A stretch of DNA of 64,000 bases from a virus (IMGVR_UViG_3300032300_000824:32001-96000), one strand, 5' to 3'. Positions 1 through 10,970 are shown, counted from the first letter of the stretch. Notes: generated from the sequence alone by a model not told the origin. Translations and numbers: made by a program.

Positions 1-1
1 T

Positions 2-1402
2 CTAACAGAGACTTTAAGAAACCATAAAGATAATTCAAATGTTTCTGTAACAAAATTTTGTGAATATTGTTATGATGAGACTACTACAAAAGCTCCCAAT
101 ACGCTTCCCAAAAAGAGTAATACAAATTTAGACTTACCTCCGTATTTAACCTTAAAAAATACTTCAGATAATAATGCTCTAGGTGTTGATACTGATAAGT
201 ATGGACTGAGTCGTGTTAGTAGTGCTACTATTAATGTTTTTAGTTTACAACCAATATTACAGAGTAACGGAGATTTTAAAAATCCTAATGCTCAAGCAAT
301 AGATAAAAAACGACACTCTATTAGTCAGGTTGGTAGAGGAGGAGTTCATCATGGAGAAACCATTGGAGGTATTACTGATATAGTAATTAAAAATAATTTA
401 GAAAACAATGCATATGGAAGAAATCCAGACTTTAATGGTGAAGTAGATTTAAAGCTACAAAACTATTTAGGAAATTGCGGAGATGCAAATTCTACAATTG
501 CTGGTAGTTGTGGATATACAGCTTATCCTTTAAATAATAGATTCATAGGATTACGAGGACCATTAATGGTTCATGGATGGGGATATGATTTAGATGGATA
601 TCCAGTACCTAATGCTGCAGACGAACCAAAAGAAGTTAATGACAAAGGTATGTTTAAGAGGCATAGGAAAAAACAAAGTACTCATGCTGATGGGACTTTA
701 GTAGTTGATGCTGATGGAAATGCGGTTTACGAAGATGATTACGATCATGCTGGGGATTTTCCTGGGGGAAGCTTAGGAGCTAATGAACTAGGTAGTATAA
801 TTAGCAAAAGTCAAAATTGGGCTAATAATAAATGGAGTAAACCTATTAGGAGTGATAAGTTTTATTTAAACTGGGGCGAAAGACCAGATCTTTGGCCTGT
901 TGGACCAATTGACTTAAGATGGGATAAAGAGAGAGGAGTATGGGTTACTCCACAGCCTAAAGTTTATAAAAATGTATATATAACAATAGAAGAAGATTTA
1001 GTAACAGTACAAAATCCCGAAGATAGCATAAAACCTTGTAGAGGATTCCTTACCGATTTAGAATATGATACAACCTCAGAGGATATTAGAAAAATAGTTT
1101 TTGTTATTGATAAATCAGGATATACTGCACCAAGAGGAGCAAAGTTATTATGTATGTACAATCCAGATAGTGGATTTTATGAAGTTTTGAGTAAACCAAC
1201 ATTTACCGCTTTCGGAACCATACAGGCCAATGGCACCAATGCTACTCTTTCATTAAATTTTATGCAAAGTAGAAATAGAAGTGTTGATAGTAATACTGTT
1301 AGTGTTTCTTTCGGAAATCCTTTTGGATTTGGTGTTGTTTCTGAACAAAAAGGACTATTTATGTATATGGACGGATCATGGAACCTTATATCTACTAATT
1401 AA
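2..1402 (+). CDS. 5'-partial large putative virion (baseplate/tail-associated) protein
   Basis: The frame of ORF 566..1402 reads open where I translated it back toward position 2 (LTETLRNHKD...RFIGLRGPLMVHGWGYD), so the gene appears to start outside the window. Gly/Asp/Trp-rich composition and position before other large structural-type genes suggest a virion role. Confidence 0.55.
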   Translation, partial: LTETLRNHKDNSNVSVTKFCEYCYDETTTKAPNTLPKKSNTNLDLPPYLTLKNTSDNNALGVDTDKYGLSRVSSATINVFSLQPILQSNGDFKNPNAQAIDKKRHSISQVGRGGVHHGETIGGITDIVIKNNLENNAYGRNPDFNGEVDLKLQNYLGNCGDANSTIAGSCGYTAYPLNNRFIGLRGPLMVHGWGYDLDGYPVPNAADEPKEVNDKGMFKRHRKKQSTHADGTLVVDADGNAVYEDDYDHAGDFPGGSLGANELGSIISKSQNWANNKWSKPIRSDKFYLNWGERPDLWPVGPIDLRWDKERGVWVTPQPKVYKNVYITIEEDLVTVQNPEDSIKPCRGFLTDLEYDTTSEDIRKIVFVIDKSGYTAPRGAKLLCMYNPDSGFYEVLSKPTFTAFGTIQANGTNATLSLNFMQSRNRSVDSNTVSVSFGNPFGFGVVSEQKGLFMYMDGSWNLISTN

Positions 1403-1407
1403 AAAAT

Positions 1408-4400
1408 ATGTTAAATAAAGATAGAAGCAAATGTAGTTTATTTAAAACTCAAATATATGATAATTTAAAAAATTTTTACCTTTTTTATAATTCTGGAGGA
1501 GGATTATCTTCTAGATTTAGTTTGCCCAGTCAGCTAATATCTAATCAATTAGCAAGTATGACAAACTATATAGACAGTAGTGTTGAAGAAGAGGTTTGGA
1601 CACCAGCAATAATAACAGCTGCCACAATAAGTAAAGCCCCTTATTTAGAAGGTAATTTAAATACTAAACCAGTATTAGGTATTAATGAGTTTTTTGTACT
1701 AGATAATCCAGTATTCAAGGATATATCTATTGAAAATAATGTTAAGATAGGTGTTGACTGGTTTTTGAACGATGTCCTTAATACAGATATTACTCCAAAT
1801 AAGGGTGTCTTATTTTGGTATAAAAAAAGAGCTAGTAGAACATCTACAAGTTTATTGAAAGATATTCCTATTGGAGAATGGATATATTCAACAACACAAT
1901 TCACAATAAAAACCAATACTTTAAAAGAAATAACAATTCCTGCAGGACAAGTATGTGTTAAATTAAATAATGATGAACTACAATTAATACCAATCAATAA
2001 AATAAACAATACAAATTTTGAACTATTTCGTAATATACAGATTTATAATAATCCTCTTGGGTCTGGTGGTAATATTTACGAGCCAAGTAAGATTAAGTTA
2101 AAAACTGCAACAAATACTCCGCAACAATGGACAATATATAATGATTTTCATTATCTTAAGGTTAATGGATCATACTATAGTATTCATATCAGCGAAGGAG
2201 ACTACTTTTCGTATTACGACAAACAAAATGTTTTGGATGATTTTTTAGCTTTTAACTTAATGCCAACGTACAGAACAATATATAATAACTTAATTAACAT
2301 CCTACCTTCTTCTGGTCTAACGTCTCCTCAGTTGCTAAACTTAAAAAGATTAGCATCAATTTTAGCAACAGGGCCACAGAATGACAAAGTAACATTAAAT
2401 ATTAATGGTTCATTCGGATCAACACCAACAAGCTATATTTCAGACATAACAACATTTTTAAATGGTAGTGGAGACGCATCGTCTTCTATAACTGTTTGTC
2501 AGAAGATATATAAAGAAATTCAAAAATTAGAAACTAAAAGAGTTTACAACACTTCAATAATGCCATATAAAGCTATTCCTGATGATGTTAATGATAACTA
2601 CTCCAAGGTTCCAAATGATATTTTTCATAAAATAGCGTCTAAGTATGGTGTTTATCTTAGATTTTCTGGTGATGATGCAAAAATTACTATCAATAAATTA
2701 CTAAGATGGAAAGAGAAAAATAATTCTTCTAATTATGTAGGAGGACCTAATATATCTATTGATTCTAGGTTTATTTATTGGACATCATCTAGAAATATAT
2801 CTGGTGAAGCTAATGTTAGACCATCTCCAGGAAATGTTGGAAATACTTATTATGACCAACATATTCAAGCTGGTCCTTTAAGAATAGAGACAGATATCTC
2901 TAATCAATTAGTATATTTTAAAACGTTAGACGCTGGTAGTGAACAGGCAACTACTAAAGCTGGATTAATTAAAGCTTCTCAAAATCCAAGATTAGATACT
3001 AGTGCATCCAGTTATATTCTGATTCCTGAAATTAAATATTCTATGTTCTATAAACAGGGAGGTTTCAAAATAGTCAGTAGCACATGCTATATTGATGAAC
3101 CTGTAGGACAAGCAAGTTTGTATAATGGTAAATTAGACGGAAAACCAATTTTTCTTAAAACAGGTAATCTTGCTCCGGCAAGATGGGGAGCTTCTGGTAC
3201 TAAAGAGTTTAACTTTGATCCAGCTGATATTGACTCTTATAAAAAACCTTCTTTAAAATTTAAGTTATATAATAGTGGAGATGTAATCAAGTTAGATAGT
3301 TTAGATATTAATTTTTTGAGATACAAAGAAGAAACATTATGTTCTTGTGATTCGTTTTATAGAGAAATTATTAGTAGGAGTGAAAACTATACAAAACAAA
3401 TTAATGTTAATAGATTTTTAGGCGTAGATATTTTTGAAGAAACTCCAAAAAAGGTTGGATATGGTAGGGCTGGCTATTGTGATTCTATATTTCTTGGAAA
3501 AGTAAAAAATACTATAGCTGGAGTAGAGGTTGAAGAAAATTCCACTTCCAATGTTCCGGGAGTTTCTACGAAATATTCTCCTCCAGTAATAGCTTATGGA
3601 GGATATGATGCTTCAGTAATTTCTGAGCTTGGGATCAAACTACCCAGTCACCCTACGCCCGGAAGTAGAATGCCAGTATTAGATAGTAGAAATCCTGTTT
3701 ATACTGATGAAACTAAGTGTTATGAAAGAACTGGTTTCGTTAAAGACTCCTCATACTACAGTCATTCTGCAGACAATACTTCGTCAGATAATATGATTGG
3801 CTCCACAGTATTTGCAAAAGGGTTTTTCCATCCTCATTATGGCTGGATATCTCCAGGACACAGACTTTATTCTACCTATGTTAATAAGACAGCTGTTGTT
3901 AGCTATAAACCAGATAAAAAACCCAGATTCGTTTTCAAGGGTGTCGGATTTTTATTTGAAGATAAAATAAATGGAAACAAAAATTATTCTAGCACAATAT
4001 CTGTTGATCTAGGCGCTAATAAAACTAATCTAGACGAACTAAATATTCAAACAGGTATTAGAGATGCTGGTTCTCAGTTTTCTCCTTATTCTTCTGAATA
4101 TTTGTGTGAAGATTGTATTCCATATAGAGGGGAAAGAGATGCTAGTGGTAATTTTATAAGCAATAGCGAACAATTTAAAGACAACAATTGTGGAAACAAC
4201 TATCAACCTAATATCAAATATCGTATATATCCACTAAAAGACGCTGTTAGCTCCACAGACATTGTTGCATTAGGAGATATCAACAATATTAGAATCAAAG
4301 ACATAGAAGTTAAATTAAATTTTGTGAATTTTGATAATATTCAAGATATGAAAATTACATTAAAATATACCAATCCTGCTGCTGCTACAAATAGTGCTCC

Positions 4401-7400
4401 AGATACTTATTATGGATTAGTTAATGCAAATAACCAGCCGTTTGGCGAACCAGAGATAGATAATTATTTACAAGCTTTAAGTAGCGAGAATCCTTCAGAC
4501 ACTATTGTTTTATTAAACAAAGAGCATATCAAACAGTATAATAATGAATTTATTTTACGTTTTTCAGATTATGCTAGTCCATTTACTTTCCCAAATTCTC
4601 TAAATAGAAAAGAACCAGGAGAAATAAATTTCAGCTCTCTTCTTAATACTAGTTCTGCTGATGGGGAAGCTTTGCATCCTTCATATAAGCCCACAGGATA
4701 TTCCGACCAAGATGCTCAAAAATATAAAGAGATCTTAAATACATACAACGCTTGTATAATTGATAATAAGTTTAGAAAATGGTATGACAGACCTTTAGTT
4801 GGAAGTAATTTTGTATTAGAAATAGAAATAAAAAATAATTATAACAAAAACAATTATAGTAACATATCTGATCTTCATTTAAAAACTAATAGAGATCCAG
4901 ATCTTCTCAAGTCTAATGTAGCAAAAAACTCTATTTGTAGTTGGGAAGTAATAATTGATACGTTTAAAACTACTGATAATTATTACCAAAAAACTCAAAA
5001 ATTTAATGTTAATCATCCAGTCGCTAATCATATTGATTATACTAAAGCCGGTGTTGTTGCAACAACCTCATCTAACCCATATAGTGACGGCTATAATTTT
5101 ATTGGCGATTTTACAGGTAAAAGATTTTTAGTTCCTCCCGTTAATACAAATGCTCCTCATCAATACTTGACAGATTTTAATTCTTGTGTATATCCTGACA
5201 GAAGATATAATAATTTTGGTTTTGCAAGAACAGAGGATGCTGGACTAAAATATGTCTACCAAGCGATAAATCTATTTTCTGGTGCTATTGGTGCTGCTGT
5301 TGGAATGGCTGCCATAGGAGGATTAACAGGAGCTTTTGTCGGAGGCATATTGTTTGGAGCTGGCTCTGACTTGGCTGTTCAGTCTGTAGTATCATACTAC
5401 GGAAGTTTAAGAAGAACAGCTCTGGTTGACGCTTTTGATTCTAGTTTTTACGATCCTTCATATGATGAGTATGGATATGGTATTCCAGATAGAGCTTTAG
5501 TTGAAGTATCTGCAGACGATGGATACACATGGTATACTTTTGATGCTAAAATTTTTCAGTATAGTGAGCATGGATCTCCTGTTTATCAACCACTAAAGCT
5601 TTCATATTCTGGTGCTGGAAACCCTGCAGAAACTATTACTTGTTCTAAATTTAGCGACAGAGAAGTTCCTTCTACTCCTTCAGCTAGTTCTCCAATTATT
5701 GCTGACCCCGACTCTTTTAGCTTAACAAACTCTTTAATTCTTACTGGCAAATATATAAAAGCTAGAGAACTTTATATTAGAAATAATATTGAGCTGTCAA
5801 ATAGTAAACCAAATATTTTATTAAATCCATCAAATGTTTTTGTTGGATACAATGCATATGATCCGATCACAACTGTCTGTCTAGAGATGCCTTTCGTTAA
5901 GCCTTTCTATTATTTAAAGTCTGGATTACTATCTACTTCTACTAATATAGATATTATTTATTATGACAAAGATGGCCATAATTATAGAAAAGTCATTAAT
6001 AAAACTATAACAAATTTACAAATTCTTAATAAAGATAATACATATAACACATACATACTACTGAACGATCAAAGCTTAAAAACAAGTATGGAAAAAAATA
6101 TTAATTCTAAAATTTTAATACAAAAAAACAACGCCCAAAATTTACTAGGAATTAATCTATATTCTGATTCTAGCTATTTGACTTTAGCAGCTATAAAGGC
6201 CATGACTAATAATAAGTTTGTTCCTAGCTACACTATGCCGGTTTATGGTGAAGGTTCGTGGGGTAGAGGTTCTTCATCTATAGTTTTGATGCCGAGCAAA
6301 GAAATAACCTATGCAAAAGATTTGAATTTAGCTGATTTTACTTTAGGCTATAGTTGTAATAAATATCTTGGAAGAATATTTTTTCCAAAGACTAATACAA
6401 CAGTATCTTCTGGTGAATTAAAAATAGGATTGTTTGACAATGTTAACGGCTGGCCTCTATATAAAAATGTAGAGAGATTTAATCTTAACAAAATTTTAAG
6501 CGATAATACTCAATATCCATATAAAAACACGAATGATCTTAATTCAATCTTTTATTTATATACTAATACCGAAGTAACTGGATTAAAAAATAAAGAATTA
6601 TTATCAAGTGGTAATATAATACTATTAGACCATTTAGTTCCTAAAAAATTAGGATCTGAGGATAAAAAAACTTTAGCAGGATGTACGGTGGAAGCAATAT
6701 ATAGTAATCAACAAATAGAAAATGTTACATGCTACGGAAATAATACAGACAATAATGGAAAGTTCAATATCTTTGTTAATGATGTTTTTATTTTTACATG
6801 TAATTTAAATAATAGCGGACAAGGAACTCCTCCTCATCCACCACTTTCTAATGGTTTAGGACGAGATCCTTTAGACAGATATTCGTTCTTTACAATAACA
6901 ACTGAACAAGGACGACAAATATATGAAAATAATTCTTCTTCTATTACTATTACTTATAGTCCAACAACAGATAACACAACCCCTCGTAGTAGTATTACAT
7001 GGATAAGAATTTTAAACCCAGAAGGAACTGAGTTGTCTAGTACATGTTCTACAGATTCATCTGCGAGCACAAAGATACCACTTCATGATGATAATAAATA
7101 TTGGATTAGTATAGACAAAAATCAGTATGGTAGCTATAGTAGACCCACAAGTATTAAAGTATTAAATAAAATTCAATATGCTTGTAGTGAACCAAAAACT
7201 GTTCCACAAGGACTTAATTGTAAGAATATTTGTGGTGTTCCACTTAAGTATATTAGGAGTATGAATGCTTCTATCGAGGAGGGAGTAACATGGGAACCAG
7301 TTATAACAACACCAATAGAATTATTAAAAATTCAATCTAAATCAACCGCTTTTGATCAAGTGCAGGCAAGTTCCGAAGCTGCCCCAACAGCTATTTTTAC

Positions 7401-8247
7401 AAACATACAAGCAGAAGCTCATAAAGCAGAAATATTATCTAAGAATCCAGACATAGAGTGGGAAGAGATAGTATTTAGTAGACCAGAGGTTAGAATTTCA
7501 TGCGGAGATACTAATGGAGATACTCTCATGTATATAAAGGAATTTTATTGGATACCAAAAAATAAGAAAGTTCCCTCTTCATCATCTCCCAGGTTTTCTG
7601 TTAAAGCATCAGACGTATTAGGAGTCGATAACCTTTTGGTACGATTTAAATATAATACAAGAAAATTAAGACATGTAGATAATTATTTTAAGAAGTATAT
7701 CATAGCCCCAAATGGATCTATTAATTATGGAGGTATCAGTAGTACTGATGAGATGCCAATTAAAAATAGTTTTTACTCATGGTTTTGTAACTATATAGAT
7801 AGAGGTACAAACACTTTGAATACTGTGGTTCCACCATATTATATGATGTTGAACGAGATGATATTTAGAGGATTTTTTGGCAGTGCTGACGGAATTGAGT
7901 TCAAGACATCAACTTTAAAAACTCAATATCCTCACGAATGGATTCCTTATGAGTATGATAATTCTATCTTTTGTGATAATAATGTAGATAAAGAAAGTAT
8001 CTTTATAGCCGGATTACATACGTTTGACCAAATAGGATATAAATTAAGGTGTTGGTTATTGTCAAAACTTGTTTCTTCTCCATCAGATAAACAAAAAATA
8101 GTTTCTAGGTGTTTAAGTTATATGAGTGGATTAGGTGGTCCAGGAATAGTTCCGGACAAAAAAGAGTTTGATTATTTATATGAAAGAAAAGATACGAGTA
8201 TTGGTAGACCAAGGATTCAAGAATTAATTGATACGTTCTTAGACTAG
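1408..8247 (+). CDS. 2279-aa putative virion structural protein with P-domain-like jelly roll, glycine-zipper segment and Asp-box
   Basis: Uninterrupted ORF. IKDIEVKLNF...MKITL...FVLEIE...SWEVII resembles a proprotein-convertase P-domain. It also carries the hydrophobic FSGAIGAAVGMAAIGGLTGAFVGGILFGAG and the Asp-box SADDGYTW. Confidence 0.55.
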   Translation: MLNKDRSKCSLFKTQIYDNLKNFYLFYNSGGGLSSRFSLPSQLISNQLASMTNYIDSSVEEEVWTPAIITAATISKAPYLEGNLNTKPVLGINEFFVLDNPVFKDISIENNVKIGVDWFLNDVLNTDITPNKGVLFWYKKRASRTSTSLLKDIPIGEWIYSTTQFTIKTNTLKEITIPAGQVCVKLNNDELQLIPINKINNTNFELFRNIQIYNNPLGSGGNIYEPSKIKLKTATNTPQQWTIYNDFHYLKVNGSYYSIHISEGDYFSYYDKQNVLDDFLAFNLMPTYRTIYNNLINILPSSGLTSPQLLNLKRLASILATGPQNDKVTLNINGSFGSTPTSYISDITTFLNGSGDASSSITVCQKIYKEIQKLETKRVYNTSIMPYKAIPDDVNDNYSKVPNDIFHKIASKYGVYLRFSGDDAKITINKLLRWKEKNNSSNYVGGPNISIDSRFIYWTSSRNISGEANVRPSPGNVGNTYYDQHIQAGPLRIETDISNQLVYFKTLDAGSEQATTKAGLIKASQNPRLDTSASSYILIPEIKYSMFYKQGGFKIVSSTCYIDEPVGQASLYNGKLDGKPIFLKTGNLAPARWGASGTKEFNFDPADIDSYKKPSLKFKLYNSGDVIKLDSLDINFLRYKEETLCSCDSFYREIISRSENYTKQINVNRFLGVDIFEETPKKVGYGRAGYCDSIFLGKVKNTIAGVEVEENSTSNVPGVSTKYSPPVIAYGGYDASVISELGIKLPSHPTPGSRMPVLDSRNPVYTDETKCYERTGFVKDSSYYSHSADNTSSDNMIGSTVFAKGFFHPHYGWISPGHRLYSTYVNKTAVVSYKPDKKPRFVFKGVGFLFEDKINGNKNYSSTISVDLGANKTNLDELNIQTGIRDAGSQFSPYSSEYLCEDCIPYRGERDASGNFISNSEQFKDNNCGNNYQPNIKYRIYPLKDAVSSTDIVALGDINNIRIKDIEVKLNFVNFDNIQDMKITLKYTNPAAATNSAPDTYYGLVNANNQPFGEPEIDNYLQALSSENPSDTIVLLNKEHIKQYNNEFILRFSDYASPFTFPNSLNRKEPGEINFSSLLNTSSADGEALHPSYKPTGYSDQDAQKYKEILNTYNACIIDNKFRKWYDRPLVGSNFVLEIEIKNNYNKNNYSNISDLHLKTNRDPDLLKSNVAKNSICSWEVIIDTFKTTDNYYQKTQKFNVNHPVANHIDYTKAGVVATTSSNPYSDGYNFIGDFTGKRFLVPPVNTNAPHQYLTDFNSCVYPDRRYNNFGFARTEDAGLKYVYQAINLFSGAIGAAVGMAAIGGLTGAFVGGILFGAGSDLAVQSVVSYYGSLRRTALVDAFDSSFYDPSYDEYGYGIPDRALVEVSADDGYTWYTFDAKIFQYSEHGSPVYQPLKLSYSGAGNPAETITCSKFSDREVPSTPSASSPIIADPDSFSLTNSLILTGKYIKARELYIRNNIELSNSKPNILLNPSNVFVGYNAYDPITTVCLEMPFVKPFYYLKSGLLSTSTNIDIIYYDKDGHNYRKVINKTITNLQILNKDNTYNTYILLNDQSLKTSMEKNINSKILIQKNNAQNLLGINLYSDSSYLTLAAIKAMTNNKFVPSYTMPVYGEGSWGRGSSSIVLMPSKEITYAKDLNLADFTLGYSCNKYLGRIFFPKTNTTVSSGELKIGLFDNVNGWPLYKNVERFNLNKILSDNTQYPYKNTNDLNSIFYLYTNTEVTGLKNKELLSSGNIILLDHLVPKKLGSEDKKTLAGCTVEAIYSNQQIENVTCYGNNTDNNGKFNIFVNDVFIFTCNLNNSGQGTPPHPPLSNGLGRDPLDRYSFFTITTEQGRQIYENNSSSITITYSPTTDNTTPRSSITWIRILNPEGTELSSTCSTDSSASTKIPLHDDNKYWISIDKNQYGSYSRPTSIKVLNKIQYACSEPKTVPQGLNCKNICGVPLKYIRSMNASIEEGVTWEPVITTPIELLKIQSKSTAFDQVQASSEAAPTAIFTNIQAEAHKAEILSKNPDIEWEEIVFSRPEVRISCGDTNGDTLMYIKEFYWIPKNKKVPSSSSPRFSVKASDVLGVDNLLVRFKYNTRKLRHVDNYFKKYIIAPNGSINYGGISSTDEMPIKNSFYSWFCNYIDRGTNTLNTVVPPYYMMLNEMIFRGFFGSADGIEFKTSTLKTQYPHEWIPYEYDNSIFCDNNVDKESIFIAGLHTFDQIGYKLRCWLLSKLVSSPSDKQKIVSRCLSYMSGLGGPGIVPDKKEFDYLYERKDTSIGRPRIQELIDTFLD

Positions 8248-8258
8248 GATTTTAATAA

Positions 8259-9446
8259 ATGACCACACCAGTTCCGAGTTTTACTCCTACTATCCAAGTC
8301 ATTGCTGGTACTCCACCCAATACTCCGACTAAAACATCTACACCTACACCTACACCTACAAAAACTCAAACAAAAACCCCGACCAGTACTCCTACACAAA
8401 CACCAACGAGTACAACAACCCCCTCTAATACTGTTACAAGTTCTCCTACGCCATCTAATACATCAACATCTAACAAAGTTTACATTTGTACGACCAGGAC
8501 TAATACCCCTACTGTATCTTTTAGTCAAACACCAACCCAAACTCTTACTCCTACTCAAACCCCAACTAATAGCAGAACCCCAAGTAAAACTCCTACATCA
8601 ACTAAGACCCCAACTAAAACTTCAACATCAACTCCAACAACAACACCAACACCCAGCCAAACCAGTACTGTCACGCCGAGCCAGACCCCAACACAAACCC
8701 CAACTAACACTACAAGCAACACTCCAACACCAACTAATCTACCGATTTTATATTTTACGGGGCCAAAATTAGCTGAGGGTGAAACTAATCTTCAATTTAA
8801 AGGGAGGTTTACTTTTAGGCCAACAGGAAACGAAAACGGTCCTGTCAAATGGGAAGGAGATAAACTAGAAGGAATTGGTAAACTTTTAGCATTAGATGAT
8901 GCTGGCCGACCCACAACACAAGAGCTAGATAAAACATACGGAGTAATAAATGATTCTATTAATATTGATCCAAGCTTAGCAATTGCTCCTGATTACGAGG
9001 TATCTGTTGAATTGAGGTGGCCTATTAAGTGTCAGCCAGTGGGTATTTTAAAGATACCATTTACTGTAGAACGAAATATTCCTCCTGTTACTCCTAGTAG
9101 TACAAGGACACCAACCAGAACATCTACTAAAACACCTAGTCCCACAAGTAGTTTTACTCCATCAAATACTCAAAGTAGTACCCAGACAAAAACACCAACT
9201 CCCTCAAATAGTCCAACTATAACAAAAACACCTACTGTAACTAGTACAGCTACTATTACTGCTAGTCCAACTCCGACAAAAACACAAACCTCCTCTATTA
9301 CTCCAACACCAACAGTAACAGAAACAATCTATTATAATTGTATCATTATTTCAACACCATACCCAGACCCAATAGAATATGACGAAATGACTGAAGGTGT
9401 AGTAGTATTAGGCAGTCCAGATATAAATATAAGACCAAGGAATTAA
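8259..9446 (+). CDS. Thr/Pro/Ser-rich mucin-like protein
   Basis: Two long (T/S)P(T/S) repeat tracts flank a globular core of about 110 aa. No signal peptide. AGGA lies upstream of the ATG. Confidence 0.75.
   Translation: MTTPVPSFTPTIQVIAGTPPNTPTKTSTPTPTPTKTQTKTPTSTPTQTPTSTTTPSNTVTSSPTPSNTSTSNKVYICTTRTNTPTVSFSQTPTQTLTPTQTPTNSRTPSKTPTSTKTPTKTSTSTPTTTPTPSQTSTVTPSQTPTQTPTNTTSNTPTPTNLPILYFTGPKLAEGETNLQFKGRFTFRPTGNENGPVKWEGDKLEGIGKLLALDDAGRPTTQELDKTYGVINDSINIDPSLAIAPDYEVSVELRWPIKCQPVGILKIPFTVERNIPPVTPSSTRTPTRTSTKTPSPTSSFTPSNTQSSTQTKTPTPSNSPTITKTPTVTSTATITASPTPTKTQTSSITPTPTVTETIYYNCIIISTPYPDPIEYDEMTEGVVVLGSPDINIRPRN
8307..8740 (+). repeat. Low-complexity coding repeat (TPTPT/TPTQTPT)
   Basis: Degenerate ACN-CCN codon repeats. 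A second tract lies at about 9085-9320. Boundaries are approximate. Confidence 0.8.
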
Positions 9447-9450
9447 TATT

Positions 9451-9870
9451 ATGAATATAGATATGACCTCTTTAGATATCTTTTGTGATTTAGAACCTAT
9501 TGGAAATAGTAAAACAGAATTTAAATGCCAGCACTGTAAAAATGTCGTTAATTATGATTTGGCGGAAACTGGGTTACCAAAAATTCCATGTATAGTCAAA
9601 CTAAGCAACCCCATTGAATCAGTGAAGTTTACTAAACCTAATATTATAGTTCGTATTAAAAATTTCCTTAAAGCTCTGTGGTCTCATTTGAGAACAGGAG
9701 CTAAGAGAACCTCACTAGAAGAAAGACAAAATAGATTAGCTATTTGTACAGGTTGTGAGTACTACGATGGAGTAGCCTGCACACAATGCGGATGTCCCAT
9801 AACGAGACATCAGCAATTTGTGAGCAAACTAGATTGGAAAAATCAAAAGTGTCCAGTTGGTAAGTGGTAA
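9451..9870 (+). CDS. Cys-rich protein (DUF6171-like C-terminus)
   Basis: RLAICTGC...CTQCGC...KCPVGKW pattern, plus an N-terminal CxxC. Confidence 0.6.
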   Translation: MNIDMTSLDIFCDLEPIGNSKTEFKCQHCKNVVNYDLAETGLPKIPCIVKLSNPIESVKFTKPNIIVRIKNFLKALWSHLRTGAKRTSLEERQNRLAICTGCEYYDGVACTQCGCPITRHQQFVSKLDWKNQKCPVGKW

Positions 9871-10230
9871 TTACTTTTTCTTAGGCTTGTTGTCTGATTG
9901 AGCAGACTGATCCTTTTGCCACTTGTGCCAACCTCTTGAAGGTAGCCAGTTTCCTTCGTCATCCTTACGTCTTGGGAAAAGTGTACCACCCTTCTTGTGT
10001 TGACCAAATGACAATGTTGCTCCACAGTCGTAATTATTACAACGAAGCTCATAGTAATCATTATCATCAACATTTCTAACAACAAATCTGAAATTATTAT
10101 TGTTACAAACTCCGCACTTATCTTCACCGAAGATTTCCTGTACAGAAGCTAGTCCTTTAAAAATTTCTTTTTGTCCTTCGCCCTCAACTTCAAACTCTAG
10201 CCTATCATTAACACTATACTTAACTTTCAT
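9871..10230 (-). CDS. Zinc-ribbon hypothetical protein
   Basis: CGVC...CNNYDC motif. GAGGTG SD upstream. Confidence 0.65.
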   Translation of the reverse strand: MKVKYSVNDRLEFEVEGEGQKEIFKGLASVQEIFGEDKCGVCNNNNFRFVVRNVDDNDYYELRCNNYDCGATLSFGQHKKGGTLFPRRKDDEGNWLPSRGWHKWQKDQSAQSDNKPKKK

Positions 10231-10238
10231 GATTCACC

Positions 10239-10970
10239 TCATGGTTTCCAACTCTCTGAATATCCCAAGAGACTATCGGGGATTTCATTGATGTTTTGTT
10301 GATGTTTAGATAACTCTCTTATAATAGAGACAGCATCGTCATGCATCAAGTTTTTGACATTTTTACTATCAAAACCCAAATTATTAATTAGTGCTAACGT
10401 ATCAATATTTAATCTTTTTGCCATAACATCAATAAAATTGATCTGATTATTACTAATTCGAGAAACAGAATCCCCAGTAGGATCATCTTCAATATTAGTG
10501 GCTAATTCTTCGGCTGCTACTACTTTTCGTAGCTTTAAAGCCCTTCTTAGTGCTCTACCCTCGGCTCTAGTTTCGGCAACTGCAACAGGATGATTTCTAT
10601 AAATCTTATCACAATTTCCCCAATAAACGTCAGCCGCTCCGCTTACTGTGCGATGCTGGTTTAATTCGGTAGTCTCTCCATCCAATTGATTTAAAACATA
10701 GGCCAGGGTGTGTACCACAGTGGCCCTCTTTTCGTTTGACGGGTCGGGACTTTGTACAACATCGCTGGTTGATTGAATCACTGTACAATTCAGAGCAATT
10801 TCAAAAATACGTCTTAGACCATCAGTGGTAGGATTACCATCAATTTTTTCATCTTCAGATAATAGGCCAAGAACATAGTCATTCCATTCTAGATCATTTG
10901 ATCCAATTTTTCTAAATTCTTCGTTCTTGATTTCTACAGTAGGTTCTACAGCCTTTTCCTTTTTAACCAT
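10239..10970 (-). CDS. Rad52/Sak-like single-strand annealing protein (putative)
   Basis: AVAETRAEGRALRRAL helix motif, preceded by beta-strands (RATVVHTL, SGAADV), as in phage Rad52-fold annealing proteins. Confidence 0.5.
   Translation of the reverse strand: MVKKEKAVEPTVEIKNEEFRKIGSNDLEWNDYVLGLLSEDEKIDGNPTTDGLRRIFEIALNCTVIQSTSDVVQSPDPSNEKRATVVHTLAYVLNQLDGETTELNQHRTVSGAADVYWGNCDKIYRNHPVAVAETRAEGRALRRALKLRKVVAAEELATNIEDDPTGDSVSRISNNQINFIDVMAKRLNIDTLALINNLGFDSKNVKNLMHDDAVSIIRELSKHQQNINEIPDSLLGYSESWKP

Noticed and set aside
8302-8772. Alternative-frame His/Gln/Leu-rich ORF
   Set aside because: Shadow reading of the ACN/CCN repeat codons of the Thr/Pro protein.
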